Shown piece after piece: positions 19,076-27,900 of a stretch of 64,000 nucleotides of DNA. The notes under the pieces are model-generated. The model saw nothing but the letters and a program-made list of their open reading frames with translations. It was not told where the DNA came from and searched no databases. Source of the DNA: Pseudomonadota bacterium (GTDB lineage Bacteria > Bdellovibrionota_B > Oligoflexia > Silvanigrellales > Silvanigrellaceae). Every line of letters starts with the position of its first letter. Position 1 is the stretch's first letter. Both the position numbers and the translations under genes were made by a program. The DNA lies in the NCBI GenBank assembly GCA_039799905.1, contig JBDLRP010000021.1:160001-224000 (forward strand). The letters are read 5' to 3'.

Positions 19076-21262
19076 ATGCTGAAGGTAGACAAGAAAAATC
19101 AGGCTGGACAGAAGGCTGCGAAATCGGGTCCGGTCTCGGAGAAAAAAGACACCGCACCGGCATCCGACAAAGGCAACTCCAAACCGGTTTGCAAGCCGGC
19201 AAAACTCGACACACTCAAGTCAGCTCCTTCAAGCGACAAGCTGATTGACATTATCGAACGCATGAAGAGTGCTCCGGATCAGAACTCGCCGGCAAAACAA
19301 AATGCTTCGCTGATCTCGCACATGGGCCGAAAAGTTGCCTTCATCGCGCCAATGCTGCCGCACCATTGTGAACTTGAAATCTGGAACGCTGTTGTCCGCA
19401 AGACGGGAATCACCGGTGTGATTCTGACTGCCGACCAAGAGGAACGTTCGTTTCAGACGTTCGTTGAAACCTGCAATCTGGCGAACATTCCGGTCGCCCT
19501 GACCTGCAAGACCCTCGAGACCACACTGGAAAACAAGTCCTTCCTCGGCGGACTGGAAAATGAAATACGCGATGCCGAACTCGTCGTTGCAGTGGGAGAG
19601 GCTTCGCTGTCCACCTATCAGGCGATGAAGGCACGCAGATCTTTGCAAAACAGACTGATCGTCTGGCAGAACGCCCCGCGTCCTCCAGCGACACTCGGTC
19701 TTTGGAAGGCAACACCATTTGCAGCGTTGCCACCGCAGATGACCCGCGAGAAAACGATTCGCCGCGAAGTTCTCAAGACCTGCGATGCGATTGTTTCATT
19801 GGATAAAGAAGGCGCCACATGGGCATACCTTGAAGAGGTCAATCCGCAGCGCATCCGCCGCATCAATCGCGGCGTCAATACCCAGATTTTCAACCTCGAA
19901 AAATGGGAAAGCAACAAGCGCGACATCCGCAAGGCGCTTGGACTGGCGGCAAACGACTACGTCTTTCTGCAAAGCGGTCCGTTGGAAATTGACTCGGGTG
20001 CTTTGGATACCGTTTATGCATTCAAGAGCCTCCTCCAGAGCCACGCAAAATTTGTCGGCAAAGTGAAGTTGCTGTTCTGCAGCACGGGTGTATCCAGTGC
20101 CGATGTCCGTCAGGCGGTCGTCGACCTTCAACTCGAAGACCATGTTTTCTTTTTGAATCCGAGTGAATCCGGAAACAAACTGCTGGTCGCCAACCAACTC
20201 TCGCCGCTGATTGCAGCCTGCGATGCGCTGATTCACAGCCCGCTCGCGCCGGTCAACGGCAGCCCGAACCGTTACCTCGATACGACGTACGACATTCTCT
20301 GCGGCATGGCCTGTGGTGTGACAATCGTGTCCAACGGCTTCGGCTGGGCCGGTGAATTTGCGGGACGCTTCTACAAGACTTTTGCCGGTGGAAATATCCA
20401 CAGCCTCGGCCGCATGATGTTTGAGTCCATCGACAAGCGCGAGAAGCTTACAAACGTGAGGCGCGCAGCGTTTAAAGCCGTTGAAAATGAGCTCAATTTT
20501 GAACAGTCGGCAGAGGATTTGGGCAAGATAATCGTAAACATCTTGTCGGGACCTCAGGTGCAGGACCTCGACTCCGTCGATGCGTGCTTTGAACAAATAG
20601 AAAAGACCATCCAAGGCAAGCAGTATCTCGATGCGATTCACCTGATCAACAAGGCGTTCAACATGAACGACCTGACAACATCGCAGCGTGCCAATCTGTT
20701 CCGGCACATTGGTGACTGCTTCACCAAGTTGGGTGATCTTGAAAACGGTCAGGCAAACTACACAAGAGCTCTTGAGCTTGACCCCTACTGTGGAAAGTCG
20801 CTGATAGGCCTTGGTACCGTTGCATTGCAGCAACAAAACTACAACGTCGCTGTTCCTCAGTTCCAAAAAGCTGTCGGATTGTCGCCGCGTGACGATATGG
20901 CAAGCCTTGGTCTGGGACTTGCCTTCGAGGGCCTCGCGGAACTCGAAGAGGCGCGCCGCTGGACAGCACGTGCGTGCAAACTCAACATTGAAAACACGGT
21001 TGCAATCTTCAATCTCGTGAAGCTCGCTTACGACACTGAGGTATTTGAAGAAGCCGAAGAGGTTGTTTCGCGCTACGTCGGCCTGCATCCACATGACATC
21101 AACATGGTCTTTACTCTTGGCGGCATAGCTTTCCGCGCAGGAAAGCTCGAAGAGGCAACCAAGTTGATGGAAAACATTCTGCTGCTTGACCCGATGAACA
21201 GCCGCGCACACAGCCTGATGGCACAGATCCAAAAACGCAGTGAATCAAGACGTCAGGCTTAA
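19076..21262 (+). CDS. Glycosyltransferase-family-4-like (GT-B fold) protein with C-terminal TPR repeats
   Basis: CDAIVSL, INRGVNTQIF, IRKALGL..DYVFLQSGPL, LQLEDHVFFL, ACDALIHSP, GMACG..VS, followed by about six TPRs (e.g. YTRALELDPYCGKSLIGLG). Confidence 0.75.
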   Translation: MLKVDKKNQAGQKAAKSGPVSEKKDTAPASDKGNSKPVCKPAKLDTLKSAPSSDKLIDIIERMKSAPDQNSPAKQNASLISHMGRKVAFIAPMLPHHCELEIWNAVVRKTGITGVILTADQEERSFQTFVETCNLANIPVALTCKTLETTLENKSFLGGLENEIRDAELVVAVGEASLSTYQAMKARRSLQNRLIVWQNAPRPPATLGLWKATPFAALPPQMTREKTIRREVLKTCDAIVSLDKEGATWAYLEEVNPQRIRRINRGVNTQIFNLEKWESNKRDIRKALGLAANDYVFLQSGPLEIDSGALDTVYAFKSLLQSHAKFVGKVKLLFCSTGVSSADVRQAVVDLQLEDHVFFLNPSESGNKLLVANQLSPLIAACDALIHSPLAPVNGSPNRYLDTTYDILCGMACGVTIVSNGFGWAGEFAGRFYKTFAGGNIHSLGRMMFESIDKREKLTNVRRAAFKAVENELNFEQSAEDLGKIIVNILSGPQVQDLDSVDACFEQIEKTIQGKQYLDAIHLINKAFNMNDLTTSQRANLFRHIGDCFTKLGDLENGQANYTRALELDPYCGKSLIGLGTVALQQQNYNVAVPQFQKAVGLSPRDDMASLGLGLAFEGLAELEEARRWTARACKLNIENTVAIFNLVKLAYDTEVFEEAEEVVSRYVGLHPHDINMVFTLGGIAFRAGKLEEATKLMENILLLDPMNSRAHSLMAQIQKRSESRRQA

Positions 21263-21291
21263 CCGCAATTTCGCACGGGGGAGGAACGACA

Positions 21292-21993
21292 ATGGCTGAT
21301 ATTCGCGTGAATGGCCGCCGACTGGCCATCCTTCAAAACGAAGAAAGCCTTCAGGCGCTCGTAGAAAAGCTCGACAACCTTGCGGGCCGCAGCAACAGCT
21401 GTCTGACCTCGCTGACAATCAACGGCAACGAAGTTGACCTCGACAATCTGGAGGCGGAAACGCTTTTCTCGTTCAGCGCCAGCGACGTGATTGATGCGCG
21501 CATCGAAAACACCGCCCAGCTTTCGTTCGAGAGTCTTCAAGTTGCTCAGGAGATGGCCGAGCTGCTGGTCTTTGACATTAAGGTTGCGACGCTGAAGCTC
21601 TGGGATTCGAATACCTTCGCGGAAAAAGAAATCGACACATTGCTCAAAGACTGCCACTCATTCCTGACTCTGGGCGGTCATCCGCTCGACCTGCTGCAAA
21701 GATCTCCGCTGGAACTCAGCGCGAGCGCGCAGGACTGCCTGCGCGAACTTGATCGCATTGCACAGTCAGTCGAGGACGCAACACTGCTTGCCGTCCATGC
21801 GCAGTTCAAAGACGCTTGTCATGTTCTCGTCGGGCGTGTGATGCCCTCGATTGAACGATGGCTCGGTCTGACAGCAATTTTTGCGAAAGAACTTGAAATC
21901 GACCGCATAGAAAAACCAAACCTCGGCGAACCCGCGGAAGTGCTGGCATTCCGGCAACCAACTGGACCAGTCCCGTTAAGCATAACGCGCTGA
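21292..21993 (+). CDS. Hypothetical protein (N-terminal beta-grasp-like IRVNG...LTINGNEV segment plus helical C-terminus)
   Basis: GGAGGA SD; long acidic ORF in the same orientation as the two upstream genes. Confidence 0.7.
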   Translation: MADIRVNGRRLAILQNEESLQALVEKLDNLAGRSNSCLTSLTINGNEVDLDNLEAETLFSFSASDVIDARIENTAQLSFESLQVAQEMAELLVFDIKVATLKLWDSNTFAEKEIDTLLKDCHSFLTLGGHPLDLLQRSPLELSASAQDCLRELDRIAQSVEDATLLAVHAQFKDACHVLVGRVMPSIERWLGLTAIFAKELEIDRIEKPNLGEPAEVLAFRQPTGPVPLSITR

Positions 21994-22020
21994 AATTATT
22001 TTTTATTTATATAACCATCA

Positions 22021-22061
22021 GAGCGACCGCCCCGCTTTTGACGGCGGTCCTCTTTTTTTTT
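22021..22061 (+). terminator. Rho-independent terminator
   Basis: GAG(C)GACCGCC...GGCGGTCCTC stem followed by a long T-run, downstream of the 21993 stop. Confidence 0.75.
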
Positions 22062-22098
22062 GCGGATCCGCCGATATTCCCTATGGCTACGCAGGGGT

Positions 22099-23226
22099 AT
22101 GCACATGCGCAAGGCTCTAAGACTGACCAAAAAGAACTCCACCCGGGGACTATTGCTGCTTGCGATGGTGACCTTACCCTGTCTTGGCAAAGGAGCAGAA
22201 CTCAAGCGCGAATACATTTCCGCTCCACTGCTCGGCTCGGGAGGAGCAGGTATAACAGAGGTCAAAGGACTAGAAGCACTTTTCTACAACCCTGCGAATC
22301 TCTCCCGAAGCCAAGGTCTCATCGACGACGTCATTCTCGTCAGTCCGCAAATCGAGGCCAGCGATAATGGATTGTCAATTTATAAAGACATCAAAGCGAA
22401 CAAGAATATGCTCGACATTGTTGGTAGCGTGCTGGGCCGACCCGTCAGACTCGGAATTCAAAACGCAACAGGAGCGAGTTTTCGACGCACGGCACTTGCA
22501 TTGATTGAGCGCGCAGACCTGCAGATCTCACTCAAGAACGATCCGTTTTCAGGAATTCCTGTCGCATCAGTTTCATCGGCGGTGCGGGTCGGCGCGGCTT
22601 ACGGAATCGGCCGCAGTTTCGCATCCAATAAATTTCATCTCGGCATCACGGGTCTTCTGATTCAAAAGGCCGAAGCCAACCTCAGCGTCTCGGCACTCGA
22701 TGCACAGTCGAAATTCAAGGATTCGGGCAGTAACAACCTGCTGAATGATGTCATGAAACGAGGTGTCGGGGTTGGTGCGCACGTGGGTGTCTTGTTCACA
22801 CCTCAAGGCAGTTCGTCTCCAGAATTTTCAATCGTGGCGCGCAACTTTGGCATGACTTACAATGTTGGCGGAAAGTCTGCGGACGAGCGCCCCAGTGCGG
22901 AACTTCAAACAATTGACGTTGGATTTTCAGTTCAGCCGGGAACAAAAAACAGCCGTGCTCGTCTCTCGATGGACGTTTATGACGTGATGAACAAATCTGA
23001 ACAGAACGTTTTCAAAAGGCTTCACCTCGGGTCAGAAATCACATTTTCGAACGTTCTGGGTGTTCAGGGTGGTCTCAATCAGGGCTACACAACCTACGGC
23101 GTCTTTTTGAATTTTCGACTTCTCAGGCTCGATGCGGGGATCTTTTCCGAAGAACTCGGCAAGTACCCCGGTGACAGCAAAAGCCGCAGCTACTATGGAC
23201 GTCTGAGTGTGGGGTGGACAAAATGA
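22099..23226 (+). CDS. Outer-membrane beta-barrel of the FadL/TraF/PorV-like superfamily
   Basis: Signal peptide; hatch motif LGSGGAG...ALFYNPANL; amphipathic strands; C-terminal YYGRLSVGW. Start is ATG 22099 or 22105. Confidence 0.7.
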   Translation: MHMRKALRLTKKNSTRGLLLLAMVTLPCLGKGAELKREYISAPLLGSGGAGITEVKGLEALFYNPANLSRSQGLIDDVILVSPQIEASDNGLSIYKDIKANKNMLDIVGSVLGRPVRLGIQNATGASFRRTALALIERADLQISLKNDPFSGIPVASVSSAVRVGAAYGIGRSFASNKFHLGITGLLIQKAEANLSVSALDAQSKFKDSGSNNLLNDVMKRGVGVGAHVGVLFTPQGSSSPEFSIVARNFGMTYNVGGKSADERPSAELQTIDVGFSVQPGTKNSRARLSMDVYDVMNKSEQNVFKRLHLGSEITFSNVLGVQGGLNQGYTTYGVFLNFRLLRLDAGIFSEELGKYPGDSKSRSYYGRLSVGWTK

Positions 23227-23996
23227 AGACACCTGATAACCACAATCGCAATACATTCCAAACAAAACGGAAGCGTTCCGACATCAAGTTGAGGCAACTA
23301 TCCTCAGCATTTGTCCTGACTCTGTCTGTATTGTGCATGACTGGTGGCATTGCAGCCTGCGGGAATGGAAACATCTTTTCAAATGCCGTCAAACGCTCGG
23401 ACTCCGACAAAGCAAAGGCAGCCCTGGAGTCTGGTGATCTTGATACTGCCATCAGCACACTTGAGTCGTACCTAAAAAACAATCCGAACGACGCTGCAGC
23501 CCGCTCAATGCTCGCAAATGCTTACCTTAAAAAGTCGGGCGTGGACCTACTCAAAATTGGAACTTCCATCAGCGGCGGCAGTCAGAACCAGTCCAGCTGG
23601 AGCACCATCAGCGGAGCTCTCCCTGCAGGAACCGACGAAAACATTGCAAATGTTCAGGCGGCCGTGCAGGCACTCAGCAACATACCCGCAGACCAACGGA
23701 CTGACGAGCAGAACTATCAGCTCGCAATTGCACAGACGACACTTGCAGTGACGGTAGCAAAAAAAGCCGCAGGCGATACGGGCGGGCAGCTCACAACTGA
23801 AAAAATCGATCAAATGAGTGACTCCGACGCGCTTACGATTTACAACGCCCTGAAGGGAAGCGCGGACGCCACAAACTCCATGTCAAACCCCGACTCAGGA
23901 CTCAGCCAGGTGGGTTCCATCACAAGCGGAATCGACAACCAGTCGGGCGCGACAGAAGCCGAACGTTTGCGCAATTATTTGAAAACCCAGCGCTGA
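23214..23996 (+). CDS. TPR-containing lipoprotein
   Basis: Lipobox GIAAC; TPR-like AKAALESGDLDTAI...NPNDAAARSMLANAY; overlaps the barrel gene stop. Confidence 0.75.
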   Translation: MDKMKTPDNHNRNTFQTKRKRSDIKLRQLSSAFVLTLSVLCMTGGIAACGNGNIFSNAVKRSDSDKAKAALESGDLDTAISTLESYLKNNPNDAAARSMLANAYLKKSGVDLLKIGTSISGGSQNQSSWSTISGALPAGTDENIANVQAAVQALSNIPADQRTDEQNYQLAIAQTTLAVTVAKKAAGDTGGQLTTEKIDQMSDSDALTIYNALKGSADATNSMSNPDSGLSQVGSITSGIDNQSGATEAERLRNYLKTQR

Positions 23997-24003
23997 AGAC
24001 GGA

Positions 24004-24837
24004 ATGCAAATGAAAATCAGTTGCCTGCAAACCAATCCGGCGGCAGACGTCGCAAAAAATCTTGCTCAGATTGAATCGATGATCGCAAACCTCACGCAAG
24101 CCGAAGGAGCCGCCAATGTAGCCGTGCTGCCTGAGGTCTTTGCGGTCATGGGTGGCGACGACCTTCGCCTGCAAAGCGCGAATCATCTCGGAGAAGGCAC
24201 ATTCAAATTGTTATCCCAGTGGGCCAAGAAATGTTCCCACTACCTGGTTGCCGGCACCCACGCAGAGATTTCTGAACAAGAAAACCGTGTCTTCAACACT
24301 GCTACCGTTTTTTCGGCGCAGGGTGCATTGCTCGATGTGTACCGCAAGATTCATTTGTTCAATTTGAAGGATGCCAACGGGCAGCCACTCTACTGTGAAT
24401 CAGACGTCTTCGCGCAGGGCAAGGAAACAAGCACCTTCCGCATCCCGTCTGGAACCGACGAATGGCACTGCATGAATATCGTCTGCTATGATCTTCGCTT
24501 TCCTGAAATAGTACGACGAGAAATCAGCCGCTCGGGGGCCATCGACGTACTCTTTATCACCGCAGCATTCACCCACCAGACCGGAAAAGACCATTGGGAA
24601 GTTCTCTTGCGCGCGCGCGCCATTGAAAACCAATGTTTTGTTGTCGCCTGCAACCAGACGGGATTCCATACAGATGGTCGTAAACGCAACTGGGGCCATT
24701 CCATGGTTGTCGACCCATGGGGCACGATCGTTGCACAGCTGAATGAGGAGGTCGGTATTCTTGAAGCCGTCATCAGCAAAGAAGCTCTCCACGCGGCGCG
24801 CGGACGTCTTCCAGCGTTGAAGGATCGGTTTTTTTGA
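24004..24837 (+). CDS. Carbon-nitrogen hydrolase (Nit1/deaminated-glutathione amidase-like)
   Basis: Triad LPEVF, YRKIHLF, CYDLRFPE; AAFT..TG..HWEVLLRARAIENQ; GHSMVVDPWG. Confidence 0.9.
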   Translation: MQMKISCLQTNPAADVAKNLAQIESMIANLTQAEGAANVAVLPEVFAVMGGDDLRLQSANHLGEGTFKLLSQWAKKCSHYLVAGTHAEISEQENRVFNTATVFSAQGALLDVYRKIHLFNLKDANGQPLYCESDVFAQGKETSTFRIPSGTDEWHCMNIVCYDLRFPEIVRREISRSGAIDVLFITAAFTHQTGKDHWEVLLRARAIENQCFVVACNQTGFHTDGRKRNWGHSMVVDPWGTIVAQLNEEVGILEAVISKEALHAARGRLPALKDRFF

Positions 24838-24961
24838 TTTCGGGTAACTCTACGATTTTTTTTGGCTTAAATTTTCACTGTTTAAAACGCGATAACTTCT
24901 GACTGCAAAACTTTCCGGCCTGCCGCAACTGAAACATCCGATACCAAAACAACCTTCGAGG

Positions 24962-27900
24962 ATGATCATGCAGAGGCTGCAGATTGGACAAAAAATCTGC
25001 GCAGGCAGATTTGAAATAGAATCACTGCTGGGCAGTGGAGGGTGTGGAGAAGTCTACCTCGGACGCGATCTTCATAGCGAGGAGCGAAAACTTGTTGCAC
25101 TCAAAATCTATGCAGAGACCTTGTCGGCCGGCACTGCCATCTTAGAGGTTAATGCTCAGATACAACGCGAAGCCTCAACAATTTTAAGAATCGATTCGGA
25201 CACGATCGTCAAAGGACAGGAACTTGTCAGTGCTTCTGAAATGACGATTCTCGTTCAGGAATATCTCTCAGGCGGTTCTCTCCAGGACGCAATCCGAACC
25301 AATTTGCGTGACTTTGCTACCCCTGAAAAATGGCTGCGTGTGGCGATCGCTTTGGCGGACGGTCTCGCGGCAGTGCACAGCGCAGGACTGATTCACGGAG
25401 ACATCAAACCCACAAACATCGGCTTTCGAGATGTTGCCCACCAGCGCATCGTCTTTCATGATTTCGGTCAGGCTGCGCTCATTAACACCCGTGATTTTCT
25501 GACTCGAACGGTTCAGGCAATGGGCACACTGCCCTACCTTGCCCCCGAGCGGACTGGCTTCATCAAATCCAGCCGTGACGAACAGTCCGACCTGTATTCG
25601 CTTGGCGCAACCCTTTACGAAATGGTTGCAGGCCATCCGCCTTTTGAGGAAGCGACACCCGCGGCTCTAATTGAAAAGATACTCAACGGTGTGGCATCAC
25701 CCCTATGCACTGTGGTCAGCGACTTCCCCGAGCCACTCAGCGACATTGTCCTGAAGCTTTTGCGAAAAAATCCGGACGAACGCTATTTTAGCGCCGCCGG
25801 ATTGGCGCACGATCTAAAAACCAGCCTTCATTCAATCGAGTCGACCAATTCCATTGCTTCTTTTGCACTCGGCAAGAAGGATCGCTTTCGCGAGCTTAAC
25901 AACAAATCAACCTTCGTCGGCCGAGTCAGTGAAATCGGAAAGCTCTCTGGCATGTTAAGCGAAACGATTTCCGGCAAGGGTGGATGTGCTTTTATTGGTG
26001 CACCGTCGGGAGCTGGCAAATCGAGTCTCTGCAGAAAGGTGGCGATTGAGGCCGCCGACAAAAATGTTCTGACCATGACCGGAAAATTTTCCGAATTCGA
26101 GCGCAACCTGCCCTTATCGGGAATCCTTTCGGTCATCCAAGCATTTTTGACAAAAATAAAGCTCGAACCCGCTTACGTGCAGGCAGAATGGGCGAATAAA
26201 ACAAGCACAAAGCTGGGTCCAAAACTCACCCTACTCACGCATCGTCTTGGCTTCCTGAGGGACGTCTTCGCGATTGAGCTGGACGAGGTTCATCAGGAGT
26301 TTGAAGACGAACAAAGAGCGTTCGCAGAATCGATTGTTGAACTTATCGCTGAGATGGGGACACACCATGATGGCCTGATGCTTGTTCTCGATGACTTGCA
26401 ATGGGCAGACAGCGAAAGCATGTCCGTCGTTGAGGTCATCACCGATTACGCGCGCAGAGATGTACTTGGAAAAATTCTCTTGCTGGGATGCTACCGCAGT
26501 AACGAAGTGAATCAGGAACATCCATTGCAACTGCGTGTCCTGCAATATCAGGCGCGGCAATCGCATTTCGAGCTTGGTCCGCTGAGCGAAGCCGAATCCG
26601 ATTCGCTGATCGCGCACCTTCTCGATGAAACTGGACCAGAGGTCACGAAACTGCAGAACATGTGCTATCTGCTGACACAGGGGAACCCTTTCTACCTCAG
26701 GGAGTATCTGGGCTTCTGTCTTGCTCGTGAGATCTACAGCGCAGGTGCGAACGCTACAAACTGGACTTTCGATGTCGCAAAGGCACAGAATGCATCACTG
26801 ACTTTCGGAATCGCATCGCTAGTTTCAGAACGAATCAGCGAGCTCAACCAAGAGGCAAAGCAACTTTTGCTGGTTGCAAGCGCAGTCGGCAATGAGGTCA
26901 GCCTCTCGGCCATCGAGCACCTTCTGCGCGAGAAAGATATCCTCACGCCCGTCTTGCGCTCACTCACGGAGCTTGCTGACAAGCATCTCATTTTCTTCAG
27001 CAGCGACAAAATGACGTTCGTGCATGACAAGGTGCGTGAGGCTGCCTATCAAATAGCTGGCCATGAATTGCGCAAAGACTGCCACCACAATTACGCAGTA
27101 TGGCTGCACAAGAAGATATATGCTGAGAAAGAGAATAACCCTCATACGACAGCATCGAACGAGATTTTTGAGCTGGCATATCATCTCAAAAACGGCTCAC
27201 CAGAGAGAAATCCACATTGGGCGCGAAGAATTTTTCTTGATTCCGGACGAATGGCTTTGAAGGTCTTTGCCTTTCAAAAAGCACTCGAGTACTCCCAGAC
27301 GGCTCATGACCTGCTTCCGAAAGATTGCTCCACCTCGGCAATTCTGATGAATGAATTCATCGAAATAACCGAAATTCTTGCGGATGCCCGTGTCCTCAAC
27401 GCCGATCCTGTTGGAGCGGTCAATCTTTACGAAAGTATCATTCCATCAGTTGAAGACAAACTTCACAAAAGCGAAATTCTCGCAAAAGTTTGTGATTGCA
27501 ATCTGACTTTGTTCCGTTACCGCGACAGCCTCGCGAGCGGGGAGCAGGGGATGAGATTGCTAGGGAGAACGATAGACAAGAGTGAGCTCAAGGCTGTTCT
27601 CGTAATATTGACCTTGTTCGTTCCCTTCTGTGTTGGTCTCGTGTACTGGAGATTTTTCGGCAGGCAACGTGAAGCCGAGAATTCCCGCGAGGAACAAGTT
27701 GCCTTTAAATTGATTATTTCCCTTCAGGTTGGTCTCTTTTTTTCTCGCCCGCTCTGTGCGGTCAGCACTCAGATGCGTTACACCTTTGCATTTCTCCGAC
27801 AGAGGCCAAACCAGCAGCGCGCAATTATGGTTTCATATTGGGCAGTCATTCTTGCAACGTTCGGCTTGGCCAGGATTGCCGATCCGCTTTTTCGAAACGC

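Noticed and set aside
19796..21232. 478-aa ORF antisense to the GT-TPR gene
   Set aside because: Shadow ORF on the opposite strand of a convincing gene, with no recognisable motifs; expected from codon bias.
22099..23226. TraF-like barrel as evidence of a conjugative element
   Set aside because: No relaxase, T4SS or other mobility genes; the fold family is widespread on chromosomes.
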